From an uncultured Thermoplasmata archaeon (GTDB lineage: Archaea > Thermoplasmatota > Thermoplasmata > RBG-16-68-12): a stretch of DNA of 64,000 nt. A model generated the notes under the pieces. It worked only from the letters and a program-made list of their open reading frames with translations, had not been told where the DNA came from and did no database searches. Position numbers and translations under genes: made by a program. The stretch covers positions 64,001-128,000 of the forward strand of contig CAVYJM010000010.1 of NCBI GenBank assembly GCA_963768855.1, read 5' to 3'. Every line of letters starts with the position of its first letter. Positions within the stretch are counted from its first letter, which is position 1. Below are positions 30,507 to 40,466 of this stretch, piece by piece.

Positions 30507-31676
30507 GTGACCGAGGTCGTCATCGCCGGCGCCTGTCGCACGCCCATCGGGAAGTACGGCCGTGCGTTCCGCAACGTCGAGGCGGTCAAGCTTGGGAGCC
30601 TCGTCGTCGCGGAGGCCGTGCGGCGCACGGGCCTCGTCGGCGCGGACATCGAGGAGGTCATCCTGGGCAACGTGATCCAGGCGGGCCTCGGCCAGAACCC
30701 GGCGCGCCAGGCCGCGCTCACCGCCGGTCTGCCGGACCGCATCGGCGCGGTGACGATCAACAAGGTGTGCGCGAGCGGGATGAAGAGCGTCGCGATCGCC
30801 GCCGACGCGATCCGAGCCGGCTCCGAGGCGGTCGTCGTGGCGGGGGGCATGGAGTCGATGAGCCGCGCGCCCTACCTCGTGAAGGAGGCCCGGTGGGGAA
30901 TCGGGTACAACCACGTGCCGTTCGTCGACGCGATGGTCCACGACGGCCTCTGGGACGCCTACAACCAGTTCCATATGGGCGTCACGGGCGAGATCGTGTC
31001 CGAACGATTCAAGGTCAGTCGCGAGGACCAGGACGCGTTCTCACTGGAAAGTCACCGCCGGGCCGCGCAGGCGACCCTGGAGGGGAAGTTCCGGGAGGAG
31101 ATCCTCCCGGTCGAGCTCCCCGGGCAGGCCCGCGTCGAACTGGACGAGGGCATTCGCCAGGACACGTCGATGGAGAAGCTCGCGAAGCTGCCTCCCGTGT
31201 TCCGCGAGCGAGGCGTCGTGACGGCGGGCAACGCCTCGCAGCTCAGCGACGGCGCGTCCGCGATGCTCGTGATGTCTCGGGAGGCCGCGGACGGCCATGG
31301 CGTCCGGCCCCTTGCGAAGATCGTGGACTACGTCACGGCCGGCGTGAAGCCGGAGCTGGTGATGGAGGCGCCGATCCCGGCGGTCCGGAAGATCCTCAAG
31401 AAGACGGGCTTGAGGATCGAAGACTTCGACCTGATCGAGCACAACGAGGCCTACGCCGCGGCCAGCGTCGCGGTGATGAAGGAGCTCGGGATCGACCACG
31501 CGAAGTTCAACGTGAACGGCGGCGCGGTCGCGATGGGCCATCCCCTGGGATGCAGCGGCGCGCGCATCCTCACGACCCTGGCGTACGCGATGAAGGACCG
31601 AAACGCGAAGCGGGGCCTCGCGACCCTCTGCCTCGGCGGAGGCAACGCCATGGCGATGATCCTCGAGCGGCCTTGA
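30507..31676 (+). CDS. Acetyl-CoA C-acetyltransferase (thiolase)
   Basis: RTPIG, NKVCASGM, TAGNASQLSDGA, HNEAYA, GHPLGCSG, LCLGGG. Confidence 0.95.
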   Translation: MTEVVIAGACRTPIGKYGRAFRNVEAVKLGSLVVAEAVRRTGLVGADIEEVILGNVIQAGLGQNPARQAALTAGLPDRIGAVTINKVCASGMKSVAIAADAIRAGSEAVVVAGGMESMSRAPYLVKEARWGIGYNHVPFVDAMVHDGLWDAYNQFHMGVTGEIVSERFKVSREDQDAFSLESHRRAAQATLEGKFREEILPVELPGQARVELDEGIRQDTSMEKLAKLPPVFRERGVVTAGNASQLSDGASAMLVMSREAADGHGVRPLAKIVDYVTAGVKPELVMEAPIPAVRKILKKTGLRIEDFDLIEHNEAYAAASVAVMKELGIDHAKFNVNGGAVAMGHPLGCSGARILTTLAYAMKDRNAKRGLATLCLGGGNAMAMILERP

Positions 31677-31730
31677 CGATTGCCGACTCGGTGCATACGC
31701 TCTTAATGCCCAACCGTCTATGCGCCCGGC

Positions 31731-32582
31731 ATGCCGATTCGAACCGTCGCCGTCCTGGGTGCGGGGCAGATGGGTGCAGGGATCGCCCAGGTCGCCGCGG
31801 CCTCCGGGTACGATGTCGTCATGCGGGACGTCGAGGAGCGTTTCCTCGCCAGCGGTTTCTCGAAGATTGAGCGGTCGCTCCAGCGATCCGTGGAGAAGGG
31901 CTCCTTGGACACCGCATCGGCCCGGTTGATCCGCGATCGGATCCAGGGGACGCTCGATCTCGCGGCGGCCGCGAAGGTCGACCTCGTCATCGAGGCCGTC
32001 CCGGAAGATCCGGTTCTCAAGAAGTCCGTCCTCCAGGAGGTCGACGGCTCGGCGGCGCCCCACACGGTCTTTGCGAGCAACACGTCCTCGATCGGAATCG
32101 GGGAGCTCGCCTCGGCGACCCGCCGTCCGGACCGGTTCGTCGGGATGCACTTCTTCAATCCGGTCCCGGTGATGAAGCTCGTGGAGGTCGTCCGTGGCAA
32201 GTCGACGAGCGAGGAAACGATGCGGCTCGCCCTGGAGGTGTGCGCCCGGATGGGGAAGACCGCGGTCGAGGTGCACGATTTTCCCGGCTTCGTCTCGAAC
32301 CGCGTCCTCATGCCCATGATCAACGAGGCCATCCTCGCCCTCCAGGAGGGCGTGGCGACCCGTGAGGCCATCGACACGGTGATGCGGCTCGGGGCCAACC
32401 ACCCGATGGGGCCGCTGGAGCTCGCCGACTTCATCGGGCTCGACACCTGCCAAAACATCATGGAGGTCCTGCAGGAAGGGTTCCACAGCGAGAAGTACGC
32501 GCCCGCTCCCCTCCTTCGCCGGATGGTGTCCCAGGGGAAGCTGGGGAAGAAGGCCGGCCACGGCTTCTACGACTACCCGTGA
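31731..32582 (+). CDS. hbd: 3-hydroxybutyryl-CoA dehydrogenase
   Basis: GAGQMGAGIAQ, ASNTSSI, GMHFFNPVP, PGFVSNR, PMGPLELADFIGLD. Confidence 0.93.
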   Translation: MPIRTVAVLGAGQMGAGIAQVAAASGYDVVMRDVEERFLASGFSKIERSLQRSVEKGSLDTASARLIRDRIQGTLDLAAAAKVDLVIEAVPEDPVLKKSVLQEVDGSAAPHTVFASNTSSIGIGELASATRRPDRFVGMHFFNPVPVMKLVEVVRGKSTSEETMRLALEVCARMGKTAVEVHDFPGFVSNRVLMPMINEAILALQEGVATREAIDTVMRLGANHPMGPLELADFIGLDTCQNIMEVLQEGFHSEKYAPAPLLRRMVSQGKLGKKAGHGFYDYP

Positions 32583-32606
32583 GGCCCGATGGCCGCGCGA
32601 GTCGGG

Positions 32607-32852
32607 TCAGCGCTGGCTGCCGAACAGTCTCTGCAGGATGGACGGGCCCGTGGGCGAAGACGCCGTCGTGATGTACTTGCCTGCGGTGGCCTGGTTCGTC
32701 CGATTCGTCGAGGCCGCCTTGACGAGCCCCTGCAGCCCCTTCTTCTGGGTCGCCGCAAGGACGAAGGCGCCGACCAACGCGCCGGCTCCGGCCAGGGTCA
32801 GGAATTGTCGTCGGCTCATCTCGCGCGTCCGTGTGTTCTGCTGCGTCGCCAT
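32607..32852 (-). CDS. Small protein with twin-arginine (Tat) signal motif
   Basis: MSRRQFLTLAGAGALVGAFVLAA then a short polar tail ending SILQRLFGSQR; GAGGG RBS and minus-strand tttata upstream. Confidence 0.7.
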   Translation of the reverse strand: MATQQNTRTREMSRRQFLTLAGAGALVGAFVLAATQKKGLQGLVKAASTNRTNQATAGKYITTASSPTGPSILQRLFGSQR

Positions 32853-33078
32853 CGAAATCCCCTCGCGGCCTTCGGCTTTCCGCGCTTCCGCCGATTCAAG
32901 GACCACGTGGTATAAACCGTTTACGCACGCATCCCACCCACTCGGCGACCGGCTCTCTTCGGCGGCCGCCCCGGGCACTTGGCTCGTCCGAGTCTCCGGT
33001 TCGGGCGCCTCTCCCGCAAGCCTTTTTTAGCGCACCTCCTATACCTCGTGATTTCCGAGGGTCTCACGAGGACGGGGC

Positions 33079-36000
33079 ATGTTACATAGAGTGAAGAAAG
33101 CCGCCACGAAGGACGAGGTCCTCGGCCTCCTCCAGCCCCTTCTCCGGGACTGGTTCACCGCCAAGTTCGCGGGGCTCACGGAGCCGCAGTCCTACGCCGT
33201 GCCCCTCATCCACGCGCGGAAGAACGTCCTCGTGTCCTCGCCCACGGGCAGCGGGAAGACCCTGACCGCATTCTTGTCCGTGATCAACGAGCTGTACGCG
33301 AAGCAGCTCCGTGGCGAGCTGGAGAACCGGATCTACTGTCTGTACGTCTCCCCGCTCAAGGCGCTCGCGAACGACATCAACCGCAACCTCGAGGAACCCC
33401 TGCAGGAGATCACGGCACTCGCGACGAAGGAGGGCCAGCCCCTGCCCGAGATCCGCGTCGCGGTCCGGAGCGGCGACACCTCGGCTCAGGATCGACAGAA
33501 GCAGGTCCGCAGGCCGCCGCACATCTTCATCACGACGCCGGAGAGCCTGGCGATCATCCTGAGCACCCCGAAGTTCCGGGAGGCCTTCTCGAAGGTCGAG
33601 TGGGTCATCATCGACGAGATCCACGAGCTCTGCTCGTCGAAGCGCGGCGCCCTCCTTTCCGTCGGCCTCGAGCGCCTCCGCCAGCAGACGGGACGGGATT
33701 TCGTGCGGATCGGCCTGAGCGCCACGATCGCGCCGATCGAGGAGGAGGCGAAGTTCCTCGCCGGATACGAGGGCGGCAAGGTGCGGGACATGCACATCGT
33801 CGAGGTCGACACCCGCAAGTCCCTCGACCTCTCCGTCCTGTGCCCGGTCCGGGACATGACCGCGGTCCCCATGGACGTCGCGAACGCCCGGATGTACGAT
33901 TTGCTGAGCGACCTGATCGACCAGCACCGCACGACGCTCATCTTCACGAACACCCGCAGCGGGACGGAGCATGTTTCCTTCAAGCTCAAGGAGCGCGGCG
34001 TCGAGGACCTCGAGGCCCATCACGGTTCCCTCTCCAAGGTCACCCGCCTGGATGTGGAGCAGAAACTGAAGGATGGCCTGCTCAAGGCCGCCGTCTCGTC
34101 CACGTCGCTGGAGCTCGGGATCGACATTGGGTACATCGACCTCGTCGTGCAGATCGGCTCCCCGAAGAGCGTGGCGAAGGGCCTCCAGCGGATCGGCCGC
34201 GCGGGTCACGCGTACGGGGAGACGGCGAAGGGCCGGATGATCGCCTTCGAGCCCTGGGATCTCATCGAGTGCGCCACGCTTTCCAAGGCGGCGTACGACG
34301 GCCGCATCGACCGCGTCGACATCCCGAAGAACCCCCTGGACGTCCTCGCACAGGCGCTCGTCGCCATGTCGCTCGAGCAGCGCTGGAGCGTGGACGAGGC
34401 CTACGAGCTCGTGAAGCGGTCGTCCTCCTTCCACGACCTGCCGAAGAAGGACTTCCTGGCCGTAATCGACTATCTGTCGTCCCGCAACCCCGACATCAAG
34501 GTCTTCGCGAAGATCTGGTTCGACGAGGCCGAGGGCCGGTTCGGGAAGAAGAAAGGCACCCGCATGATCTACTACACGAACGTCGGGACGATCCCCGAGG
34601 AGGGGACGTACCACGTGTATTCGGAGCGCGGGACGCCCCTCGGCGAGCTGAGCGAGCGGTTCGTCGAGTACCTGAGCCCCGGCGACGTGTTCGTCCTCGG
34701 CGGCCGCACATATCAGTTCGCGCGGGCCCGCGGGACCTCCGTGTACGTGAAGGACGCCTCGGGCCGCCGGCCCACGGTGCCCTCCTGGACCGGGGAGATG
34801 CTCCCGCGCTCCTTCGACCTCTCCGTGCAGGTGGGGAGGTTCCGGCGGGACCTGGCCGCGAAGATCGACAAGGACGGGGAGAAGGCCGCGCGGGAATGGC
34901 TTGCGCAGGAGTACCGCGTCGACGAGGGGTCCGCGAACTCCCTCGTCTCCTACGTGCAGGAGCAGCGCGCGCTCCTCCCGGACCTGCCGACGGACGAGCA
35001 GGTGCTCCTCGAGGGCTTCATCGACGAGAAGGGCAACCGGAACATCGTCTTCCACTTCCCGTTCGGCCGCCGCGTGAATGACGCGCTGAGCCGAGCGTAC
35101 GCGTTCGCGATCACAGAGAAGCAGCACACGAACGTGCGCGTGAGCGTGACGGATGACAACTTCATGCTCACCGTCCCGAAGCGGATTGAGATCCACGACC
35201 TCGTGAAGCTCGTGTCGAGCGAGAGCCTGGAGGACCGGCTGCGCAAGGCGATCAAGAACACGGAGCTGTTCAAGCAGCGCTTCCGGCACTGCGCGACGCG
35301 GTCGTTCATGGTCCTCCGGAACTACAAGGGGCGGGAGGTCTCGATCGGCCGGCAGCAGCTGCGTTCTCAGCGCGTCCTCGACTGGCTCCATGAGATTGAG
35401 GATTTCCCGGTCATCAAGGAGACGTACAGCGAGATCCTCCACTCGGTCATGGACCTAGACCACGCCCGGGAGGTCCTCCAGGCCATCGAGGCCGGGACGA
35501 TCCGCGTCAAGGAGACGGACTTCAGCGGCCTGCCGTCGCCGTTCGCCCACAACGTCGTCCTGCAGGGCGTCTCCGACCTCGTCCTCATGGAGGACCGCTC
35601 CGCCCTCCTCCGCGAGCTGCACCGGAAGGTCCTCGAGCGCGTCATGCCCGCGGACCAGATCACCGCGATCCAGTTCAAGCCGGCCGAAGTCCAGGAGTAC
35701 TTCCGGAAGAAGCTCCCGCGGATCGCCTGCAAGGAGGACATCCTCTCCTTCCTCGACCGCGTCGGGGACGCGAACCTGCTGCAGCAGAAGGGCCGCAATC
35801 CCCTGGAGCATGCGACCGCTTCCTTCCCAGACGTGCGCAAGTGGTCCGGGGCGCTGATGGACGAAGGCCTCGTCGAGAGCGTCTGGACCCCGCAGGGTGT
35901 GCACTGGTCGCCGAAGGAGCTCGTGCCCACGTACGCGGCGGTCTACGCGCAGCGCTCGCGCCTGCGGCCGCCCGAGGAGAAGCTCCTCAAGCTCATCCAG

Positions 36001-38487
36001 GAGAAGCCGCGGACCCACAAGGAGCTCGCGCGCCTCTCCAAGCTCGAGAAAGACGACCTGAACGAGGCGCTCCGGAAGCTCGAGCGCGCCTACCTCGTCG
36101 GCCGCAAGGGCGTCGAGGAGACCGTCTACGGCGCGCGGGAGGTCGAACGCGCGAAGTTCGAGGAGGCCCTCGACCGCCTCCTGACGAAACGCCTCGAGGC
36201 GGACGGTCCGCAATCCGCGCAGGAGCTCGCGGTGGCCATGGGCCTCGAGACCGACCTCGTGGAGGAGACCCTCCGCGACCTCGAGGCGGAGAGCGTCGTG
36301 ACCTCGGGCCACTTCCTCGTCGACAAGGAATTCCAGTACATGATGACCCGCGACCTCCAGCACCTCCAGCGGAAGGGCGAGACTCGCGAGGTATTCGAGG
36401 AGGGCCAGCTCAAGGCATTCCTCCTGCGGAAGCAGTTCGCGGACATCCGCACGATCGACGACTACTTCGACCGCTTCCTCGAGGTCGGGATGATCCTGGA
36501 CCTCTGGAACCATGCGTCCGCGTTCGACTACGTGGAGTGGCTCGAGCGCCGCAAGAAGGGAGACATCCTCGAGGGCCGCTTCCTGAACGGTCGCGTGCGC
36601 TACGTACGGGCGAAGGACGTTCCCCTGTTCCTCTCCGCGTTCCCCCGGAGCCCTCTCACGGACCTCGAGCAACGCGTCCTGGACGTCATCCGGTCCACGG
36701 AGGGCGTCGACCTCTACCGGATCGTCGCACGCGTGCGGGAGGAGAAGGAGAAGGTGAAGGAGGCCCTGGACAAGCTCGACTACGACGTCTACGTGATCCG
36801 CAAGTTCCAGGGGGACGGATGGAGCGCGCGGAACCTCTATCTGGCCTACGATCCGCCGAAGGAGGCGGTCCCCGACGCGGTGGAGAAGCTCGTGCGGTCC
36901 TTCCTGGCGGCGTACGGCCCCGTGCCGTTCTCCGGCATCCGGGAGTGGGCCCGGTTCGAGTGGGACGAGCTCGAGATGCTCCTCGACCGCCTGGAGGACC
37001 AGGGGGTCGTCACGCGCATCCTGATCACGGGCAAGGGCGAGACGGAGATGTACGTCCTCGCGGACGAACTCCCATTGCTCCGCGCCGCGCCCGCCGGCGC
37101 CGAGGATCCGATGCGGGTCCTCTCTCTCATGGACCCGTGGACCCAGCCGCTCTGGGCCCAGGTGGCGAGCCGCTACGGGGAGGGCTGGTTCTTCCCCCTC
37201 GTGCAGGACGGCGACCTCGCCGGCATGGCGGAGATCTGGGAAATGAGCGGATGCATCGAGGTCCGCGAGCTCGACCTCGTCGGACCGGACATGCTTGAAC
37301 CCGCCATTGCGGCGCTCGGCCGCATGATGCAGTACCACGCGGTGCGCGGCGTCGACGTGCTCCGGGTCACCCGGTTCCTCGGAAAGGACGTGCCCGACGC
37401 GGAGGACATCTCACGCTGGACGAAGGCCGGCTTCGTCCGCCTCGGCGACTTCCTCGCACACGGTCCGATCGTCCCGAGGGACTTCGACAAGGAGAACCTC
37501 CTCGCGTACGCCTTCCAGAAACAGGGGCTCGCACCGGACCACCAGTTCCCGGACGCACTCGAAGCCTCGAAGGCCCTCGGCGGCCTGCGCTCGGACTACG
37601 CCGCGCGCCTTCGGGTGAAGGACTTCGTCCCCCTGGAGCGCCTGCACCGCCAGGGCCTCCTGGCGAAGGGGCTCGCAATCCCGGAGTACTGGTCCTACCT
37701 GCTCGAGGAGGACCTTCGGCTCTACAAGGCCGCGAAGGCCTCACGCCCGACGAAGGATGAGAAGCACGTCCTCAAGATCGTCGCGGAAGAAGGACCGATT
37801 TCACGGCAGCAGCTCCTCGCCCTGTCCGACCTGAGCTACTCCACGACCACGGAGGCCCTCCGAAAGCTCTACAAGGGCAACCACGTCACGCGGGACGCAG
37901 GGAACCGGTACCGGCACGTGCCGGACCTGAAGATCTCCCAGGAGGAGGCTCGAAAGGAGGTCCTGCGGCGGATCATCCGCAGCCTCGGGGTGACCTCCGC
38001 CGAGTCCCTGGCCGCCTACACGCGCTTCGAGTTCAACATGGGCGAGACGCGGCAGCGGCTGAGGGAGTTCGAGCGGGAGGGTTGGCTCACGAAGGGCTTC
38101 CTGGCGCGCGGCGAGCGCACGGTCTACTGGATTCTCAAGGAGGACATCGACCGCGTGGAACACGCGTCGTTCCGGAGGAAGTTCGTCCTCACGCCGATGG
38201 ACAACCTGTTCCTCTACCTGCGGCAGGAAATCGTGAACAGGTTCCACTCCGGCTACTGCTACGTCGTGTTCGGCGGCACGGAGATGGCCGGCTCGTTCAA
38301 GGCCCGCCGCAGGAAGACCGAGTTCGTGATCACGGAATTCGAGGGCGAGCCGGACGCGCGCCGGATTGTGGATGCGTGGCAGGAGGAGAACGAGCTCGCG
38401 GTCCACGAGGAAGTCGACCGGATTTCGGACCACGAGGTCATGGAGTGGTTCGCGAAGATGTATGGACGGGGTGCGGCGGAGCGATGA
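33079..38487 (+). CDS. lhr: Lhr ATP-dependent helicase with long C-terminal winged-helix/AlkZ-like extension
   Basis: SPTGSGKT, DEIHE, GLSAT, HHGSLS, LELGIDIG, LQRIGRAGH; about 930-aa C-terminal extension of repeated wHTH modules. Confidence 0.93.
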   Translation: MLHRVKKAATKDEVLGLLQPLLRDWFTAKFAGLTEPQSYAVPLIHARKNVLVSSPTGSGKTLTAFLSVINELYAKQLRGELENRIYCLYVSPLKALANDINRNLEEPLQEITALATKEGQPLPEIRVAVRSGDTSAQDRQKQVRRPPHIFITTPESLAIILSTPKFREAFSKVEWVIIDEIHELCSSKRGALLSVGLERLRQQTGRDFVRIGLSATIAPIEEEAKFLAGYEGGKVRDMHIVEVDTRKSLDLSVLCPVRDMTAVPMDVANARMYDLLSDLIDQHRTTLIFTNTRSGTEHVSFKLKERGVEDLEAHHGSLSKVTRLDVEQKLKDGLLKAAVSSTSLELGIDIGYIDLVVQIGSPKSVAKGLQRIGRAGHAYGETAKGRMIAFEPWDLIECATLSKAAYDGRIDRVDIPKNPLDVLAQALVAMSLEQRWSVDEAYELVKRSSSFHDLPKKDFLAVIDYLSSRNPDIKVFAKIWFDEAEGRFGKKKGTRMIYYTNVGTIPEEGTYHVYSERGTPLGELSERFVEYLSPGDVFVLGGRTYQFARARGTSVYVKDASGRRPTVPSWTGEMLPRSFDLSVQVGRFRRDLAAKIDKDGEKAAREWLAQEYRVDEGSANSLVSYVQEQRALLPDLPTDEQVLLEGFIDEKGNRNIVFHFPFGRRVNDALSRAYAFAITEKQHTNVRVSVTDDNFMLTVPKRIEIHDLVKLVSSESLEDRLRKAIKNTELFKQRFRHCATRSFMVLRNYKGREVSIGRQQLRSQRVLDWLHEIEDFPVIKETYSEILHSVMDLDHAREVLQAIEAGTIRVKETDFSGLPSPFAHNVVLQGVSDLVLMEDRSALLRELHRKVLERVMPADQITAIQFKPAEVQEYFRKKLPRIACKEDILSFLDRVGDANLLQQKGRNPLEHATASFPDVRKWSGALMDEGLVESVWTPQGVHWSPKELVPTYAAVYAQRSRLRPPEEKLLKLIQEKPRTHKELARLSKLEKDDLNEALRKLERAYLVGRKGVEETVYGAREVERAKFEEALDRLLTKRLEADGPQSAQELAVAMGLETDLVEETLRDLEAESVVTSGHFLVDKEFQYMMTRDLQHLQRKGETREVFEEGQLKAFLLRKQFADIRTIDDYFDRFLEVGMILDLWNHASAFDYVEWLERRKKGDILEGRFLNGRVRYVRAKDVPLFLSAFPRSPLTDLEQRVLDVIRSTEGVDLYRIVARVREEKEKVKEALDKLDYDVYVIRKFQGDGWSARNLYLAYDPPKEAVPDAVEKLVRSFLAAYGPVPFSGIREWARFEWDELEMLLDRLEDQGVVTRILITGKGETEMYVLADELPLLRAAPAGAEDPMRVLSLMDPWTQPLWAQVASRYGEGWFFPLVQDGDLAGMAEIWEMSGCIEVRELDLVGPDMLEPAIAALGRMMQYHAVRGVDVLRVTRFLGKDVPDAEDISRWTKAGFVRLGDFLAHGPIVPRDFDKENLLAYAFQKQGLAPDHQFPDALEASKALGGLRSDYAARLRVKDFVPLERLHRQGLLAKGLAIPEYWSYLLEEDLRLYKAAKASRPTKDEKHVLKIVAEEGPISRQQLLALSDLSYSTTTEALRKLYKGNHVTRDAGNRYRHVPDLKISQEEARKEVLRRIIRSLGVTSAESLAAYTRFEFNMGETRQRLREFEREGWLTKGFLARGERTVYWILKEDIDRVEHASFRRKFVLTPMDNLFLYLRQEIVNRFHSGYCYVVFGGTEMAGSFKARRRKTEFVITEFEGEPDARRIVDAWQEENELAVHEEVDRISDHEVMEWFAKMYGRGAAER

Positions 38488-38894
38488 CCGTCTTCGCGAT
38501 CGACACGGTCGCGGTGGTCGTGGCGGACGCGAAGAAGGCGATCCCCTGGTATCGTGACGTCCTCGGCTTGGAGGTGACCTACATCGGACCGCCCACGGCT
38601 CGAGCCGATCCCCTCATCCAGGGAACACCCGACCATCCCGGCCATTGGATTGAACTCGGTCCCCGTCGCCCACGGACTCGCGTCCACCTCTGTGAACTAG
38701 ATGGGAAGACCGAACCCGGGCCCACCGGGATCACGCTGCTGACGGACGACATCCGCTCGGAGTACGACCGGCTGCGCGCCAAGGGCGTCCACTTCCTGTA
38801 TCCGCCGCAGAAGATGGAGTGGGGCGAATGGCTCTGCGCCCTCGTGGATCCGGACGGGAACGAGTTCGACCTGAAGCAGCCCGCGACGGATTGA
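38484..38894 (+). CDS. VOC/glyoxalase family protein
   Basis: VVVADAKKAIPWYRDVLGL...MEWGEWLCALVDPDGNEF; ATGA overlap with lhr. Confidence 0.88.
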   Translation: MTVFAIDTVAVVVADAKKAIPWYRDVLGLEVTYIGPPTARADPLIQGTPDHPGHWIELGPRRPRTRVHLCELDGKTEPGPTGITLLTDDIRSEYDRLRAKGVHFLYPPQKMEWGEWLCALVDPDGNEFDLKQPATD

Positions 38895-38938
38895 CCCCTG
38901 GGCAACCTTTATCGCGGGACGGTCCATGGGAGACCCCG

Positions 38939-40153
38939 ATGGCGATCGAAGAGGTCCTGGCCCGTCTCGACAGGATGCGCGACGACATGGTCTCGACCCT
39001 CACGGACCTGTGCCGCATCCCCGCCATCGGACCGACGAACGGAGGGGAGGGCGAGGCCAAGAAGGCCGCCTTCGTCCAAGGGCTCCTGAAGGACTTGGGC
39101 CTCAAGGTCGAACGGTTCGACGCCCCGGACAAGCGCGTGCCGGGCGGGAAGCGGCCGAACCTCATCGCCCGCGTGGGAAAGGGGCCGCGCTTGTGGTTCC
39201 TCTGCCACATGGACATCGTGCCCCCGGGAGACCGCAAGGGCTGGCGGTGCGACCCCTTCGATCCCAAGCTGATGGACGGTCGTCTCTATGGACGAGGGAC
39301 GGAGGACAACGGGCAAGCCCTCGTGTCCGTCCTCTCCGCATACCAAGTCCTCACCAAGGCGAAGGAGAAGCCCGGACGTGCGCTCGGCTTCGCCCTCGTC
39401 TCCGACGAGGAGACTGGCAGCGCCCTCGGCCTCAAGCATCTTCTCGCCCGAGATCTCTTCGAGGCGAAGGACGCGTTCGTCGTCCCGGACTGGGGCGTAG
39501 CGGGGGGCGACGAGGTCGAAGTCGCGGAGAAGAGCCTCCTCTGGCTCAAGATCACCGTGACGGGCAAGCAGGGGCACGCGAGCACGCCGAACGAGGCGGT
39601 GAATGCGTACCGCGCTGGGGCGTTCCTCCTGACCGCGATTGACGCGAATCTCCCGCGGCGGTTCCCTGCGACGGACCCGATCTTCCGTCCCTGGATTTCG
39701 ACGTTCGAGCCGACGAAGCACGAACCGAACGTCCCGAACGTGAACACGATTCCCGGGGAGGACGTGTTCTATTTCGACTGCCGCATCCTGCCGAAGTATG
39801 CCCCCAAGGAGATCGTGTCCGCGGTCCAGGAGCTCGCGATGCAGACGAACCAGACCTTCGGGGTCCAGGTGAAGGTCGAGGTGACGAACCAGGAGTCGAG
39901 CCCTCCCACTCCGGCGGACGCGCCCATCGTCCGTGAGCTCCTCCGCGTCCTGCGGGATGTCCGGAACCTCCGCGCGAAGCCCGTCGGGATCGGCGGGGGG
40001 ACCGTGGCGGGACCCCTGCGGGAGGAGAAGTTCCCCTGCGCCGTCTGGTCGACGACGGACGAGACGGGTCATACGGTCAACGAATACGCGCGGGTCGACA
40101 ACTTGGTGGCCGACGCGAAGGTGTTCGCGGGCCTCATGCTCGGCCCGGAGTGA
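38939..40153 (+). CDS. M20 family metallohydrolase (DapE-like)
   Basis: CHMDIVPPG, YGRGTEDNG, SDEETGS, GKQGHAS, GGGTVA, GHTVNEY. Confidence 0.92.
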   Translation: MAIEEVLARLDRMRDDMVSTLTDLCRIPAIGPTNGGEGEAKKAAFVQGLLKDLGLKVERFDAPDKRVPGGKRPNLIARVGKGPRLWFLCHMDIVPPGDRKGWRCDPFDPKLMDGRLYGRGTEDNGQALVSVLSAYQVLTKAKEKPGRALGFALVSDEETGSALGLKHLLARDLFEAKDAFVVPDWGVAGGDEVEVAEKSLLWLKITVTGKQGHASTPNEAVNAYRAGAFLLTAIDANLPRRFPATDPIFRPWISTFEPTKHEPNVPNVNTIPGEDVFYFDCRILPKYAPKEIVSAVQELAMQTNQTFGVQVKVEVTNQESSPPTPADAPIVRELLRVLRDVRNLRAKPVGIGGGTVAGPLREEKFPCAVWSTTDETGHTVNEYARVDNLVADAKVFAGLMLGPE

Positions 40154-40381
40154 TCAGGAGGCGCGGGTCGTCGCCACGGCGTCCTTGATCACGACCACGC
40201 TCACGCTGTCCAGAAGGAGATGCGCCCCGCACTTGGGACAGTCGACCCCGTTCCAGGAGTCGGCCGCGCGGCTCGAGTCGAGCGAGATCCGCGTGGACTT
40301 GCAGTACGGGCACAGGAAGCTGACCAGGAGATCCCGGTCCTTGAGTCGGTCGAGCGTCACCTTGTCCACGATGGGTTGCAC
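40154..40381 (-). CDS. Small zinc-finger protein
   Basis: CPYC...CPKC; GGAGG RBS before GTG 40381 (alternative 40369). Confidence 0.7.
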   Translation of the reverse strand: MQPIVDKVTLDRLKDRDLLVSFLCPYCKSTRISLDSSRAADSWNGVDCPKCGAHLLLDSVSVVVIKDAVATTRAS

Positions 40382-40466
40382 GCGGCTGCCTCCGTCCCTG
40401 AGCCGTCTACCTGTTCGCGTTCTTGGCTTATTAAGGCCATGGAACACCTGTCGAAGCTCCGCGGCC

